In this document: piece after piece, positions 30,201 to 45,200 of the stretch | Layout: every line of letters starts with the position of its first letter | Position numbering within the stretch: the stretch's first letter is position 1 | Source: Candidatus Aenigmatarchaeota archaeon | GTDB taxonomy: Archaea; Aenigmatarchaeota; Aenigmatarchaeia; CG10238-14; SpSt-28 | Direction of reading: 5' to 3' | Length of the DNA stretch: 64,000 nt | NCBI GenBank assembly: GCA_032249395.1 | Contig: JAVVFY010000003.1 | Location: 1 to 64,000, forward strand | The notes under the pieces: generated by a model | The model's database searches: none | What the model was told of the DNA's origin: nothing | The model's input: only the letters and a program-made list of their open reading frames with translations | Made by a program: the position numbers and the translations under genes

Positions 30201-33200
30201 TGGTTGAACAGTAAATGTAAATAAGCTTGTATTAGCTGAATTTATACCATCTGTTGTGTTGAAGAATGCTTCAAATGTTGTTCCTGCACACGCTGAACTA
30301 AAAGCGTTTGGAGATGGGAAGTCAAATATTATTAGACCTGGCTGAGTTAATCTGCTTGCTTTTAGATAATAGTTTGGCCATTTACTCGCTTCTGGACAAG
30401 CTGGATCAGCTATTGTTATATTTCTTATCCACAAACTAACATTGTTGAAATCTGAATCTTCGTCAGTCAAAGTTACTCTAAACTGCCAGCTTTCTCCCCA
30501 ACCTCCATCTTGAGAATAACTGTAAGCTGGACTACTTAAGCTTGGTTTTGTAACTATGTAGAAAGCGCAGCCGCTAGCTGCGCATAGATTTCCTATTGTT
30601 GTTGTGTTGGAATTATACCATGGAACATCTTTTGAAATCATCGTTAAAGTATAGCTTCTTGGAAGCTTGCTTGCATTATTAACAAATAGACAATTGTAGT
30701 AGCCATCACCTTCATTGTTAACAGAATTGTATGGTTCGTCACAATAGAATGTATTTCCAGTTACAGTATGAGTAGCATAAAAGCTAACATTAGCGCTTGA
30801 TAGCAAGCCTTCTTTAGCAGAACAATCTGTCGTTACATAACCTCTCCAAGTTATATTTTCTTCATCTCTAATGAACTTGTCTTTAGTAGTGTTTGGAGAT
30901 GTAATGAAATTCAATAATTGACCAACAATCCCAATTGTATAGTTTTCACTCGATGCAAAATGATAACATTCTCCACTAGGTATAATTGTTGATTTATAGA
31001 ATGCTTTCCAGTTTTGCAAACCAACGTTAAAGCTACAGTTTGGATCAAAATTAAACGTTACGTTTCCTGGTAAGCTTGAATAAGTTCTATTGCTTCCAAC
31101 AAACAAGAAATTGCTCCCATCAAAAGTTACATTGAAACCAATTTCAATTTGTGCTGTTCTATCGCTACCTACAGGTCTGCTTCTATTAAAATCAGTTACA
31201 TATACTCTTAATGGCAAATATCCAAAAGCTCTTGTTATGTTTGTGTTGTTTCCAGAAACTAAAGATATTGAAATGACATCTTTATCTATTATTGGTCCGT
31301 AATTTGTTGAAGTGTTCGTTTGACCTATAACGTCAGTCAAATTAAACCTAAACCAATTATCGCTACCAACATCATTGAAAGTATCGTTACAAGTGTATGG
31401 TTGTATGTTCTCAAATCTACATGTTCCACTTCCTCCACTTATAATTTGAGAACCAACATACCTCCAAACATTGCCATTGTCTGTTGAGACGAACAAACTA
31501 CAATTGACATCATCTCCATCTGTATCTAAAACATCTATGCTAAAGTTGTATTTGTCACCCCAACCTCCAGCAGATGGAGTAACTTGTGGATTTGAATATC
31601 TTGGTGGTAAGTTGACTATTTCAAACCAATTCGAATATGTTGTTTGATTTGAATAGAAGTAGTCTTTAGCTGACTGCAAAATTATGGAATATAATCCTGG
31701 CAATTTTCTTGTTGTGTTATACTCACAATAGTAAGTTCCGTTGTTGAAATCAGTTATTGGTTGACAAGCTTCTAGAGAATTGACAGGATTTTGTATCAAT
31801 ATTGGATTTGTTATGCCTTGAGTTGAATTTGGAACGCTTGGTGTTTCTTCACTTATATAACCAGAACAATCGCTTTTTACATCCATAACTATTGGAATCA
31901 TTACTCCAGTACCATTAACCCAGCCCTGTGGAGGATAGTTTAAGTTACTGTAAAGCTGACCATAAACATAAACGCTGGCGTTACTTGTTCTTGAGTATCT
32001 ATAGCAAGTATCATTTAACTCGATAAACCAAATTTGTCTTCCTGTTGTATAATTACAATCTGGGTCGAAATAGTAGGTGAATAGACCATCTGAACCTGTA
32101 TATATTTCTATAGGATCTCCAAAGTTATTTCTGTCTTTTGTAATGTAAAGATACCCTTTAATTCCAAGATCTGTGGCATAAGTTCCTCCCTTTGACCAAT
32201 CTAGTATGTAACCTTGCAATATTGCTGTTTCATATCCAGGTCTGTAAACACTAGAGCCATCTCCGCTTTGAATATAAACATCAGCCCATTCCTTATCTAC
32301 AGTAAATGTTTGTTTTGAAGACTCGCTCTTCAATCTATTATCATAAACAAAAAGATTATCAGTAGCGTTGAATTTGAATGTATGAGTTCCTATATCTGAG
32401 CAACTAAATGATGTAGTAAATACTAGCGCATCAGAGCCTTCACAGGGCGGAATACACGTCATTGACCCAATATATTCCCAATCACCTGTTCTATTAATCC
32501 AGAGGCTAACGTTAACCAAACTTCCTAATTCTCCTGTTCTGTCTTCATCTTCAACATCAACTTTAAACTGCCAGAGATCTCCCCATCCATTTGTAAAGTT
32601 TCCAGCAGTAACATAATAGCTATAAGTAGTCAATGTTGGCCTAGAAGCTAAATAAAATGCATTAGTTTGTTGAGTCGTTAAAGAGTCGTTGTAATATTGT
32701 TTACTAGCATTTACACTAACATTCCAATATCCATAAATTAACTCGTAGTTAGAGTTCAAAGTTGAGTTCGTTATATTACAAGCATATGTACCATTGTTAA
32801 AGTCTACTACACTACCAATAGACCTACATTCTCTGATGGTATCTCCTCTTTGTATGTAAAAGTTCGTTGTAGCACCTCTAACTCCACCACATTCGTCAGT
32901 AACATTCGCCACTAATATCAAATAGTCTGCTGGTGTTGGGGACTTTATGTAAATCTTACCATCTTTTGGAGAAATATAATTAACGTTTAATGTATCTGTT
33001 ACGATTGTTATAGTAAATTCTGAGCTGTTTGTTGGTTTGTAGAAGGGATTGCTATCTAATACTCCAGCTTTCCATTTTTGAGGTCCTATTGCAAAAGAAC
33101 AATCTGGATTAAATTGAGTTAGGGATGTGTTTATATATCCTCCTGGTGAAATTGATGATGTTCCACTAATAGTAATATAATTGTAGAAATCTGTCGTTAC

Positions 33201-36200
33201 AAAAATTGCTGCTCCGGGAGAACCAATAGCATATTCTCCTTTATCTACATCGTATACTCTGACAGTAAGAGTTTGTATATTGTTTCCTGGTCGATAAACT
33301 GATGTGCTGTTTCCGACAACATGCTCTATTATCACATCGTCTTTTTTGTAGATTAAGGTTCCATTGTTTGTCTGATATACATTTTGTGGAAAGTCTTTAG
33401 TTTGATTTCCAAAAATGTCTTGATATTCGCTAACGTTGAACATAAATGCGTGTGGACCTACAGCAGATGGAGATCCTAAGACAGTAGGAGATGGTAGTCT
33501 CAACATAAAAGTAATAGTTTTATTTATTCCCCTATCGTATGCAGTCATATTAGATGGAAGTTGATACCATTCTCCATTATCAGTTCTATTTATCCAAAGC
33601 TTTACTTCAAGCAAATCATCGTCTTCGTCAGTAATGTTGACTCTAAATACCCAAAGTTCACCCCAGCCTCCATCTCCCACTCTCCCAAGAGAGTCATAAG
33701 AAATTGTATAGAAGTCTGTTGTTAGAATTGGCTTTGTTTCTATCCAGAAACCTTTTTTCCAAATTTCAAAAATCTCTAAAGTAGAATTGCTATTGTAGTA
33801 ACTTTTGCTTGCGTTAAATGTAACATTCCAACCTTTAGCTCTAAAGCCAGAAGTGTTTAAAGAGCAGGTGTAGTAACCATTTCCTAAATATTCTACAGGA
33901 TTACAATAGTTAACTATAGAACCCTGAGAAACGGAGAAATTGGCATTTGCATAAATTCCACCTTCAATCTCACAATCTGAAGTTATTCTTGCTGTTAGAT
34001 TAACGTTTTGACCATCTGGATAATCTCCTCTCAAATACTTTTCTCCTTTAGGTGAAATCACATCTAAAACCAAATCTCCATAGACTTCTACTGTATAGTT
34101 TTGAGTTGGAGTTGTATTTGTATAAGTTTCAAAGTAGCAAGCATCATTCTCTACTTTAGCAAACCATGCTTGTTTTCCTGTTGAGAATTGACAATCTGGA
34201 TTGAAATCTAAACTTGCATATCCACTAGAATTTGTTTGAGTGTAGTAAGGTTTGAAATTGGTTTGATCATAAGTAACATAGAATGTTAAGTTTGTGTTTG
34301 CTAATGGCAATGAATTTCTTGTTAAATCTAAAGCTCTAATAACAAAACTGACAGTGTTTCCTATGTTGCTATCAGATCTATTAACTTTTGCTCCATCTCC
34401 ACTAACAAGAGTTAGAGAAATTGAATTCTTTGTTATAGCTGGGCCAATTGAAATTTCGCTATCTGATGTGTTAACTCTGTTGAAAGTATCGTTTACCACA
34501 AAGTAGAAGCTTGCTATTCCTTGGTCTTCACAGGTGAAATCGTTAACTTCAATATAACAAACTCCTGGAGTACTTATGGTTTTTGAACCCTTGTGAGCCC
34601 AATTGTCATTTGTTTTTACATACAAACTACAAGTTACAGTATCGTTTTCCGGATCTTCAACATAAGCTGAATAATTGAATAAACTTCCCCAACCTGCTGC
34701 ATTTGGTGTAACATTCAAATTGCTGACAATTGGAGGCCTATTCTCTAACCAGAACCAATTAGCAAATGTTGTTGTGTTAGTGCTATAATAAGTTTTTGAA
34801 GCTTGTATTGTTATGTTCCAATATCCTTCTGCTTTTGATGTCGAATCCCAAGTGCAATTGTAGTTTCCATTATCTTCGTTTATTGGAGAACAACTTGAGG
34901 AATAGCTTCCGCTACTCAATGTTAGCACGTTTGAAACTTCACTTATATTTCCTGAATCTCTAACGCTTGAATTCAAATAGCAATCAGAATAAACATTCCA
35001 ACTTATGTTTATCTTATCTCCAACATTGAACGTTGAACCGTAAGTTGGCAAATTCAAATTAATGTTCAATTGACCTTTTATTATAAAGCTTGAGTCGCTC
35101 GAATTTGCATCAAAATAACATTGATTACTCGCTATACCAACTTTCCAAGATTGATAACCAACATTGTAGGAGCAATCTGGATTGAAATCATATTCTAGAT
35201 AACCAGAAGCATTAGCATATACAAGATGGCCTTCATCATAAATTCCTGTATCTCTTGTGAACCAGAAGTATCCTTTAACATTTTCTTGACTCAAATCTAA
35301 CCAAGCATTCTTGTCAACATCATAAACTCTAACAACAAACTTTCCATAATTATTGCCATATCTCAAAACTTCTGATGGTACTGATATTGAATAGAATGAA
35401 ACTGTATCTTTTGTTAGCGTAACTGTTATCGGAGATGTCTCATTTCTCAAGCCATATGAGTCGCTAACATTTAGCTTTAGCAAAATTGTTGAGTTTATCA
35501 AATATTCGCTACAATTGAATGAAGGATTAAACTCAAAGTAGCATGTTCCCGTACAATCGCTTGAACTCTTTGAATCAACATAAACCCAATTTACTCCATC
35601 GTATGATTTCCACAAGCTTATGTTTACTGGGTCGCTTGGGTCTGCATCTAAAACTAAAGCACTAACCAAAAAGTAACTTCCCCAACCACCAGAGTCTCTG
35701 TTTATTGAATATGAAGTTATAGCTGGCTTTCTTCTAACTTGGAAAGCATTTGATTTGTATGAATAAGTATCGTTGTAATACTGTTTGCTAACGTTCATGC
35801 TTATATCATACCAACCTATTAGACCAGAACTTGGGAATGAACAAGAATAAGTACCATTACCATAATCATTTACTGGAGAACAAGTTGAATGAATTGGTTC
35901 TATTGTAAATATTGTTGATGTTCCACTTACTCCAGAACTACAATCATCAGAAACATTCCCAACAATCAATATTGGATCTCCTTCTGCAATAACATTTCCA
36001 TTCGGTTGTAATATAGATGAAGTTAAGCTTCCGTAGATTACAACAGTGTAGTTTTGCGAGGCATTGCCAAAGTAATAGCTATCTCCATCAAAAGCTGCTC
36101 TCCAATTCTTTACTCCAACGGAATATCTACAGTCTGGGTCGAAGTTTAATGTAGCAAAGCCTGAAGATGTTGTTGTTCCGTATCTTATCCAACCTGAGTC

Positions 36201-39200
36201 TGAGCTAACGTTTATGTATGTTGTGTCAGAACCTTTATCTAATGGTAAATTCGTGAAAGCATCATACAATCTTGCTTCCAATATTGTTGTGTTTGTTCCA
36301 ACTCTACTAACCCAAGAATTGTTTCCTTGTGAATATACCCAATAAGTTCTTCTCTTCGTTACATTAAATGTTTGAATACTTGTTTGAGCTACTCCACCAT
36401 AATTATCGCTAGCGTTTATGAACCATTCATAACTTCCAATATCACTTCCTGAAGTGTAAGATTTTTGTAGAGTTACCGTTACATTTGTACAATTGTTACA
36501 AATTGTAGAAGCTGCTAAACTAAATGCTCCATCTGGCAACTTTCTTATCCATAAGCTAACGTTAACAATATCGTCTTCATCAGTAACATTAACTTTGAAT
36601 GTAAATGTTGAACCCCAAGGAGCCTCTGTTGGAGTTACTGATGGTGCTACTAAAACTGGTGGAACTTCATGGAAGAAAGCGTTTTGTTTAACTTTTGAAG
36701 CATTGTTGTACAAATCTCTAGAAGAATACATGAAAACTGAATACCAACCAGGAGGATTGTTTGAAATATTCCAAGTGCAAGTGTAATATCCGCTAACATA
36801 AGATGCAAAACAGTAATCTTCAAATGCTCCATGCTTTACTTTGTAGAAAACATTAGCATCATTTATTGGATTATTGCATTCATCATTAACTAATCCGCTT
36901 ATCGTCACGTTTTGATTTGATAAGTAAGCTTCTCCATTTGGCTGAGAAATCGTGTTGTTTAGCCATCCTTTAATGTTTACAGTTAATGTTAAAGTTGAGT
37001 TTGCATTTTTGTAACAAGCATCGTTTACTATTCCTGCTTTCCAATATTGTGTTCCAACGTTATAAGAACAATCAGGAGTAAAGACAGCCGAAAGATAGCC
37101 ATTATCTCCTGAAGCTTCCCATGCACTTCCATAATTTACTCCATCATAAGTAACCCATATCTTACCGCTAACATATCTATCTACAAATTGTTTATTGTCT
37201 CTATCGTAAACCTTTATTTTCAGAGTTACACCCTCGCTTCTATTAACCCAAGAGTTATTTCCTAAAGAGTTTGAATCGTAAACGAAATCAACATCGTCTT
37301 TATCTAAGTTAAAGCTTATTGGTGCCATATCAGTCGTGTTTCTTGGATCTGTTGCGTTGAACTTAAAGTAATATGTTCCTATATCGCTACAAGTAAAACC
37401 AGAATAATAAAATGTTAACTCTCTTTTGCTTCCACAATTGTAGCACATTTGAGATGAAATGTAATTCCAATTTACCCCATCTTTAGATAGCCATAAACTA
37501 ACGTTAACATCATCAGCATTGGCATCGCTTACATTGACTTTGAAAGTGTAGTTTTCTCCCCAACCCCAATCGTCCTCTGGAAAAACTGTTGCATCTTCTA
37601 AAACTGGAGGTTGCCAAACGTGAATTATTCTAAATACAGAAACATTTGTGAAGCTTGCGTCGTTATAATAAATAACATTAGAAGCGTTTACTCTAACATT
37701 ATACCATCCTTCTTTTGCTTCAGTAGCGTTGAAAGTACATGAATAAGTTCCATTGCCATAGTCTTGAACGTTATCACAATTATAAACATCACCAAAACCA
37801 ACGCTTATTGGTTCTATTGTTACTGTTGCTCCACTTATGTTTCTCAACTTACATTCATCTTGAACAAAGACGCTTATGTTTATGTAGAGTTGATTTTCTC
37901 TGTAGTAAGTAATTCCATTAGGATAAACAACAAATGGAACCAAATCTCCTATAATCGTTACATTGTATGCTTCGCTGGAAGCATCTTTGTAGCAAGCGTC
38001 AGCTTGAACATAAGCTACCCAATTTTGCCTTCCTGCATCATATCTGCAATCTGGGTTGAAATTGTATTCTACATATCCACTTGAATTTGTAGAGTTGCTT
38101 CCATCTGTTATAAATGCTGTTCCATTGAAAATGTTAAACCAAACTCTCGGATAGTATTGAACTCCTATTTGAGAGAATGCTGGAGAATTCTTATCTCTAT
38201 CTAAAACATAAATCATGAACTTTGTCGAATTATTTCCGTTTCTGTTAACATAACTTTCGTTTCCTAAAACATAGATTAGAGAAATGTCATCCTTTCTCAA
38301 AGTATGAGAAATGGCGCTTGTGTTTGAATATGTCTGTGGAATATCTGGCTCACTCGCATTAAACATGAAATATCTAATAGCTGCTTGCTGATAATCTGAA
38401 CAAGTGTAATCTCTAGTAAAGTTAACCAAAGTGTAACTTGGATTTTCTATAAATCTACAATCTGTTACTGACCATGGTCCATCTGAAGATGTAGACTCTA
38501 ATAAGCAAACGTTTACGCTAGCATAATGATTAACTATAACGCTGAAATTGTGAATTTCGCCCCAAGAACCATCGTTTGGATACTCAACTTTTGGATTGAT
38601 TAACTCTACTGGTTTTATAAGGAAGAAAGCGTTTTGTTTAAATGATGAAGCATTCAAATAGTATTGTTTTGAAGATTCCATTGATACATTGTACCAACCA
38701 CCAGATTTTCCTGTAGTATCAAACTCACAAACGTAAGTATTTGAAGTGTTTGTTATATAGCCTGAAGATGGACAATAATATTCGTTTGAACCAGAAGTTA
38801 GTTTGAATCTAATGCTTGCATCGCTTATTGGATTCCCACAATCATCATAAACTTCTCCAATCAAATAGATTTTTTCTCCAGCAGTATAGTTTCTATCTCC
38901 AGTTGGAGAGATTATACTGTTTGCTAAACTTCCAACTATTATAACATAGAATTCTTGTGAACTATTGCTCTCATAACAAGCACTACTAACATTAACCTTC
39001 CATTTTCTTAATCCAACTGAATAAGAGCAGCTAGGATTAAAGTTTATGAAGTAATGAGTTTCGTTTGAATAAACAATTTCTTGCTCCCAATTAACATCAT
39101 CTTTAGTTACGTAACCATAAACTTCGTCAGTTGAAATTTCAGTTGTGTAGTTTCCAAAGACTAAATTCTTTATTCTAACCGTCAAATTAACAGTATTTCC

Positions 39201-42200
39201 TATCACGCTATCGCTTCTGTTAACAACACTATTATTGCCAGAAGAATAATCTATGGAAATTGGAGTTTTTGTTATGTTGAAAGCTATTACCTGAGTTTCG
39301 TTTTTGAAGGTTGTTGGAGAAGTTGCATTGAATTTGGCATACCAGCTTCCTATATCGCTACAATAAAAGCTTTTCTGAGTAAAGAATTGATAGTTGTTAC
39401 AATTTACGCAAACGCTTGAATTTTCTAATTGCCAATTAGAATTTTCTCTTTTTAGCCATAAGTAAGTGTAAACAGGTTCTCCATCTTCACTTGTAACATA
39501 AACACTAAAGTTGAATGGATTTATTTGCCAGCTTCCTTTTGGATATGGAGAAACTTGAGGATTATCCAGCTTTATGTTTGACGCAACGAAAAATGCATTT
39601 TCTTTAAAGTAAGTTCCATTCCAGTATTTACCAGCTTCGCTTCCTTCAGCAAAAGCTATCATCGTAACGTTATACCAACCAAGAGGAGCATCTTGTGGAA
39701 TTGTCCATGTTGTATAAGTTAGTGGAGCAACTATAGTATAAACTGTGGAGCCGTGAGAAATTATATATTCTACTCCAAAAGATGCACTATCTGTTTTAAC
39801 TAAGCCACAATCATCTTTTATAATGCCATCAAACTCAACAACTTGTCCTCTAGTATAGTTTCTAGAGCCATTTGGATAAAGCATGTAAGAATTGCTTAAG
39901 TCTCCTATCAACCAAAATGGTATTATTGGTGTCACATTATCTTTGTAAGTTGAAGCTCCAAAAACTCCTCCTTTCCAATAGTTTTGCCCCAAGTAATAAT
40001 CTGAAACTTTACACCAACTATCAGAAGTATTTTGCATTGTTCTAACTACATAACCTGTTGAGTTTGCTGAGAGAGATGGAGAAATATCAAAAGTTTCGTT
40101 GCTTCCGTATTTTGATATAAATATTCTTGCTTTTCCTTCATCTACTTGACCGAGCTGCAAATAGTAAGGATAGGTTTGATTGTCGATATCAAAAACAAAC
40201 ATAGTGAATTCAAAAGGCATGCTTCTGTTAACAGTTGCATTTAATATTGGCTGTATTCCAAAAACGCTTATATCGTCCTTTTCAATCGTATAAGCATATC
40301 CTAAAATTTCTGATGAACCATCTGCATTAGTTGCATTGAATTTGAAACTCCAAGCTCCAATAGCGCTTCCATCATATTTGAATGAAAAGTTTAGTTGAGT
40401 CCATTGCAGACAATTGTAACAAACTTGAGAACCAATCAACGAATATTCACTTGCTCCCATTCTATGCCAAGCATAAACAATAACATCTCTTCCAAATCTA
40501 TCTCTCACATAAACTCCAAACTTATAATTCTCTCCCCAACCTCCAACATTTCTAACTTGATCGTCTATGTAGAGAGTAGCATTGGTTAATAGTGGCGAGT
40601 ATTTATAGATTTTTGATTTAACGAACAAGTTTTGAGTTTCATTGAAGAGTTTTCCAGTAGACCAAACATAAGCAATTTTCTCTATGCTAACATTTGAGTA
40701 AGGATTGGTGCTTGAATCTGCATAAGTATCTATGAAAATATTTCTCAAAGAATTAACAAAGTTTGTTGAATCGTTGCTGTCAATTGAATAATTGCTCCAA
40801 ACTTTTGATAAAGCTAATGAATGAGAATAATTTTGCCAGAATATTCTTTTGTTCAATAAATCATCTGCAATTGAAACCTTTGCCTCAGCGATTGTTAGAT
40901 TTTCATCTCCAAAACTATAGTTGATTAAAAATGCAATTTCTTTCATTTTTTCATATCTTGCGTTAATTGGTTTTGTAAACACGAATGGATAAGTTAAGCT
41001 ACAAGAGTTTCCATAACAAGAAATTGAAGTATCGTTAACAAAATAGCTTTCGCTTCTCGTATCCAAAATTCCTTCAGCAACCAAAACTTTCTTTCCTTCT
41101 AATGAACAATTCAAAGTGAAGTTTAAGTAAGAAGAAGAATATACACTCAAAGATGGTAAGCTCCAAGATATCTTTCTTGTTGATGGATTGAAAGTTCCGC
41201 CATTATAAACATTTAAAACGTCGCACTCTTCTGGAATGCTTAAATAAACGCTCCATCCAGAAGCTGTTGTATCGCCAATATTAGTTACTTTAAGGCTGTA
41301 ATTGTAAGCTCTGTTTAGTTGAGAAGATCTTACTTCTGGCCATGGATATTCATCTTGCTGTATTGCCTCTATATCGAATGATAGATGAGACTCTTGATTG
41401 TAAGAAGCTGTTGAAACTGTAAATGGATTTTCTTCTTCAAAGCTTTTTCCATCCCAACTAACATTAAACTTGAAGCTTCCAGTTTTCGAATAAATATTTG
41501 GTGCTTTTACTTGATAAGTTAGAACTGCATACTCATTTACATCAATGTCTCCAAGATTCCAAATTACCAAATTGTTTATCAAATCTACTGAAGAAGAAAG
41601 CAACTGAACGCTGCTCCCATAAACGTTTGTTTTAATGCTTGGATTTGCTGGAGTCCAACCACTTTCCAAAGTCTCAATTATTGTTGCACCAGAAGCTTTA
41701 GCACATCCTTTGTTGTGAACTACTAATCTACTTTCGAAAACTTTATCTGGTGAAACAAATGGAGGAGTTTCTCTTATGACTTCAAGAATTGCTATTGAAT
41801 TGCTTTCTTGAATTTGGAAAGTTGCTGTTTTTGTTTTTTGAGTTATGTGATTGTAATTAACAATTGCTTGAATGTTTGCCAACTCGCTTGTTGAATTGCT
41901 CGAAGTTAAAGTGAACTGAGCATAATACTTTCCGGGAGTTATTGCTTTAACAAGTTGATAAGATGGGGTGAATGTCCAGCCAGTTGGAACAGAAAGAGTT
42001 ACATTGTAATCTATTTCTTCGTTGAATGGATGATATATTTCTACAATGAATGGTTCGCTAGTGGAATTGCACATCCAATTGCTTCCTTTAGCATTAACAG
42101 TAACGTCTTTAATGGTTAATAATTCAACTCTAGTAGAAACGTTTGAATTGTAAACAAATGTTGCAATTATATTGTAATTTCCTTCACTCCAAGCTTGAGT

Positions 42201-45200
42201 ATCAATGTTTGAGAAGTTTGCTATGTAACTAGATTTTTGATTCAAAAGTAAAGGTGAGCTAGATGAATAAACAACATTACCATAAGCATCTGTTATGTTT
42301 AAGTAAAGCGTTCCAGAAATTTGTTGGTTGAATGAGTTTGAAAGAATTACAGAAATGTTCAAGTATCTATCTGTTTTTTCCAATCCTTTTACAGAAATGC
42401 CATTAACGTTTGTATCTACATCTTGAATCAAAACAGTTTCATTGTAGTAAGCAGAAAGCTTTAGGCCAGAAATGTTTACAGGATTGTCACCAATGTTTGT
42501 AATTCTTATTTTGCAATAGCCAGTTTCACTTGGCTGAATTTGTTTTTCTAATATTGGAATGAAGAGAGAAGATGGAGAAGTGAAGTAGAGAGAATGAGAA
42601 ACATCTAACCAATAAGTTCCGTTGTAAACCTCTATTCTAATTTTTCCATCTTGCAAGCTTGAGGAATAAGTGGAAATTGAAAGATTAGCTATTCTGTAAC
42701 TTCCAGCTTCACAAACAAAATTGAACTCTTTAGCTTCATTTGAATTGAGCAAATATGGCAATTCTTCTTGAGAAAAAGTTTCACTCATGAACTTATAAGT
42801 AAAAACATTTATCGTTAAGCTATCGTTTTCGGCGTTGCTTGAATTAACAAATATTATTATTTGGTTTGACGAATAGGTTGTTGGGTAAATGTTGAACCAA
42901 ATTGTTTTTAATTCTCCAACGCTAACATTTCCAACATATTTTGTTGTTGAATCTGCTTGCCACCCAGTTGGCAAAGTCAAATTAACATAAACATCATTCG
43001 CTACAGTACCGCTTGGTCCCAAAGTTCCAACTGTAACTCCAAGAGTGAAGTTTTTGTATTGGAAGGCTTCTTTTGGTTGTTTGATTTCTCCTATTTTTAT
43101 TTGAGGTTTACAACCAGAAGTATCTATTGAAATGTTGAAGTAGCTTGTTGTGTATGGCTTGTAATATGGCTCATCTGAAGCTATTTCAGCATACCAATAT
43201 TGATCTCCGCTAGAAAAGCTACAATCTGGAGTAAAGTAGAATTCTGCGTATCCAGAAGAGTTTGTTATGTTTGATCCTATAATTTTATCGTAAAGGCCAT
43301 TATACTTTATTCTAAATGTAACAGTTGCTGCCGGATTCAAATTGTAGGTTTGTGCATCTAAATCGTAAACTCTAACAACAAACTTAGCTGATTGAGCAGG
43401 AGAATATTTAGCAAAGCTATTGTTACCTTCTACATAGCTTATATTAACATCATCTTTTTCTACAGTTACATACAAAACTTGAGTAGTTTCTGCCCCATCC
43501 ATCTTAAACTGATAATACCAATTTCCTATGTCGTTTGCAGTAAAGTTTCTATACCAATACTTTGTTGAATTTATGCAATTGGAGCATTCATTCGGAGTTT
43601 GATTTATGCAAGTTGGGGCTTCACATTTGAATATTGGCGGCCATGTTTTTCCCATATACAAGCTAACGTTTAGAACGTTTTCTGAATCACCTGAAGAAGC
43701 TTTTACCGAAAAGTTCCAATTTGGATAACCCCAACCTTCAGATAGTGGATAAGCTTGTGGATTTTCCAATTTTTTGATTGGCAACAAGTAGAACAAGCCA
43801 GGATATAAAGCATTAACTGTTGAGTTGGGATAATGATAATCTTTACTTGCATACATTGTTGTGTTGTACCAGCCCATTGGAGTTAAAATATCAGTTTGCC
43901 AATCGCAAGTGTAAGCGTTAGCACCTACTTGATATACTGGCAAACATTCAAAGCTTTGAGTTGATTTATTAGCAAAGAATCTCACGTTTGTTGTTAATGC
44001 ATCTCCACAATCATCAGTAGTTGCTCCTAAAAAGCTTACTTTTTGTTCTTGTGTGAAGTTTGTCGTACCATCTGGCTTTTGGAAGTTTAAGATTATATCT
44101 CCTGTAACCAAGACTGAAAGATTGACAAAATTTTCTGTTGAATTATCAAAGTAACAAGCATGACCACTAACAACTGCCTTCCATTTCTGATATCCAACTT
44201 GATATTTTGGCGAGCATTTTGCTTGGAAGTAGTAATTAGCATAAGCTGATTCGTTTGTTGAATTAGTTGTTCCAGAATCGTAAATGTTTCCATCTAATGT
44301 TACGTAAAATGTTACTGGCAAGTTTGTTATTAGAGTGTTATTCTTATCTCTAACCCTCAAAGCAAGCAAAGTTGTTGTTTTTCCTCTTCTCGTTTCTGTA
44401 CCATTGCCAATAATATCTTCAAAGAATATTGTGTCTTTTGTTATTGTGAATGTTGTTGAAGTTGAGTTTGTTGTTCCTGCATTGTTTGTAGCGTTAAACT
44501 TAACGAAAACTGGAGAACCTATATCGCTACAATCGGCGTCAAACTCAAAAGTAAAGTTTATCCAATCTCCAGTATTTCCAGCACCTGGAGCAGGATAAAC
44601 ATCACAACCTACTAACCTCCAAGGCTCTGAACCAGTTTTGCTAAAGTATGAGCAAACTTGAACATCGTTTTCTGAATTTGTAACTCTAACGCTTACATTA
44701 AAAGTAAAGTTGAATCCCCAGCTTCCAGTGGAAGTTCCTGTTTCTTTTGAAATTACCAGTGGATTTTCCATTTCAATGGTTGCTGGTGGTAAGCCAACTA
44801 AAACATCATTGCAAGACATTACTTCAGTTGAATTTTCAGTTGAATTTGCTCTTATGCAAATTGTGTAAGTTCCTGCAGTATTTGCTGTAATGTTCCATTT
44901 TGCTTCTCTAATTCCGTTCAATTCTATAGTTCCAAGGTAATTGACGTCACTTAAATCACCAGTAGCATTTCTAATTTCTAAAACTCCTGGGCCAGTGTAA
45001 TTTATTACAGCAATAACATTGCTTGCGTTTCCTGGGCCAAAGTTTGTTATTGTTGAGCTTGCATTGAAAGGCTGATTTAAAAATGGATTGTTAGGAGAGA
45101 AGCTTGGTTGACTAACTGTTAAACTTGCTCCACATGCAATGAAAATATCATATGGTTCGTCTAAGAATGTGAATGTTCCGTTTGTTGGAATTGCTTGAAA

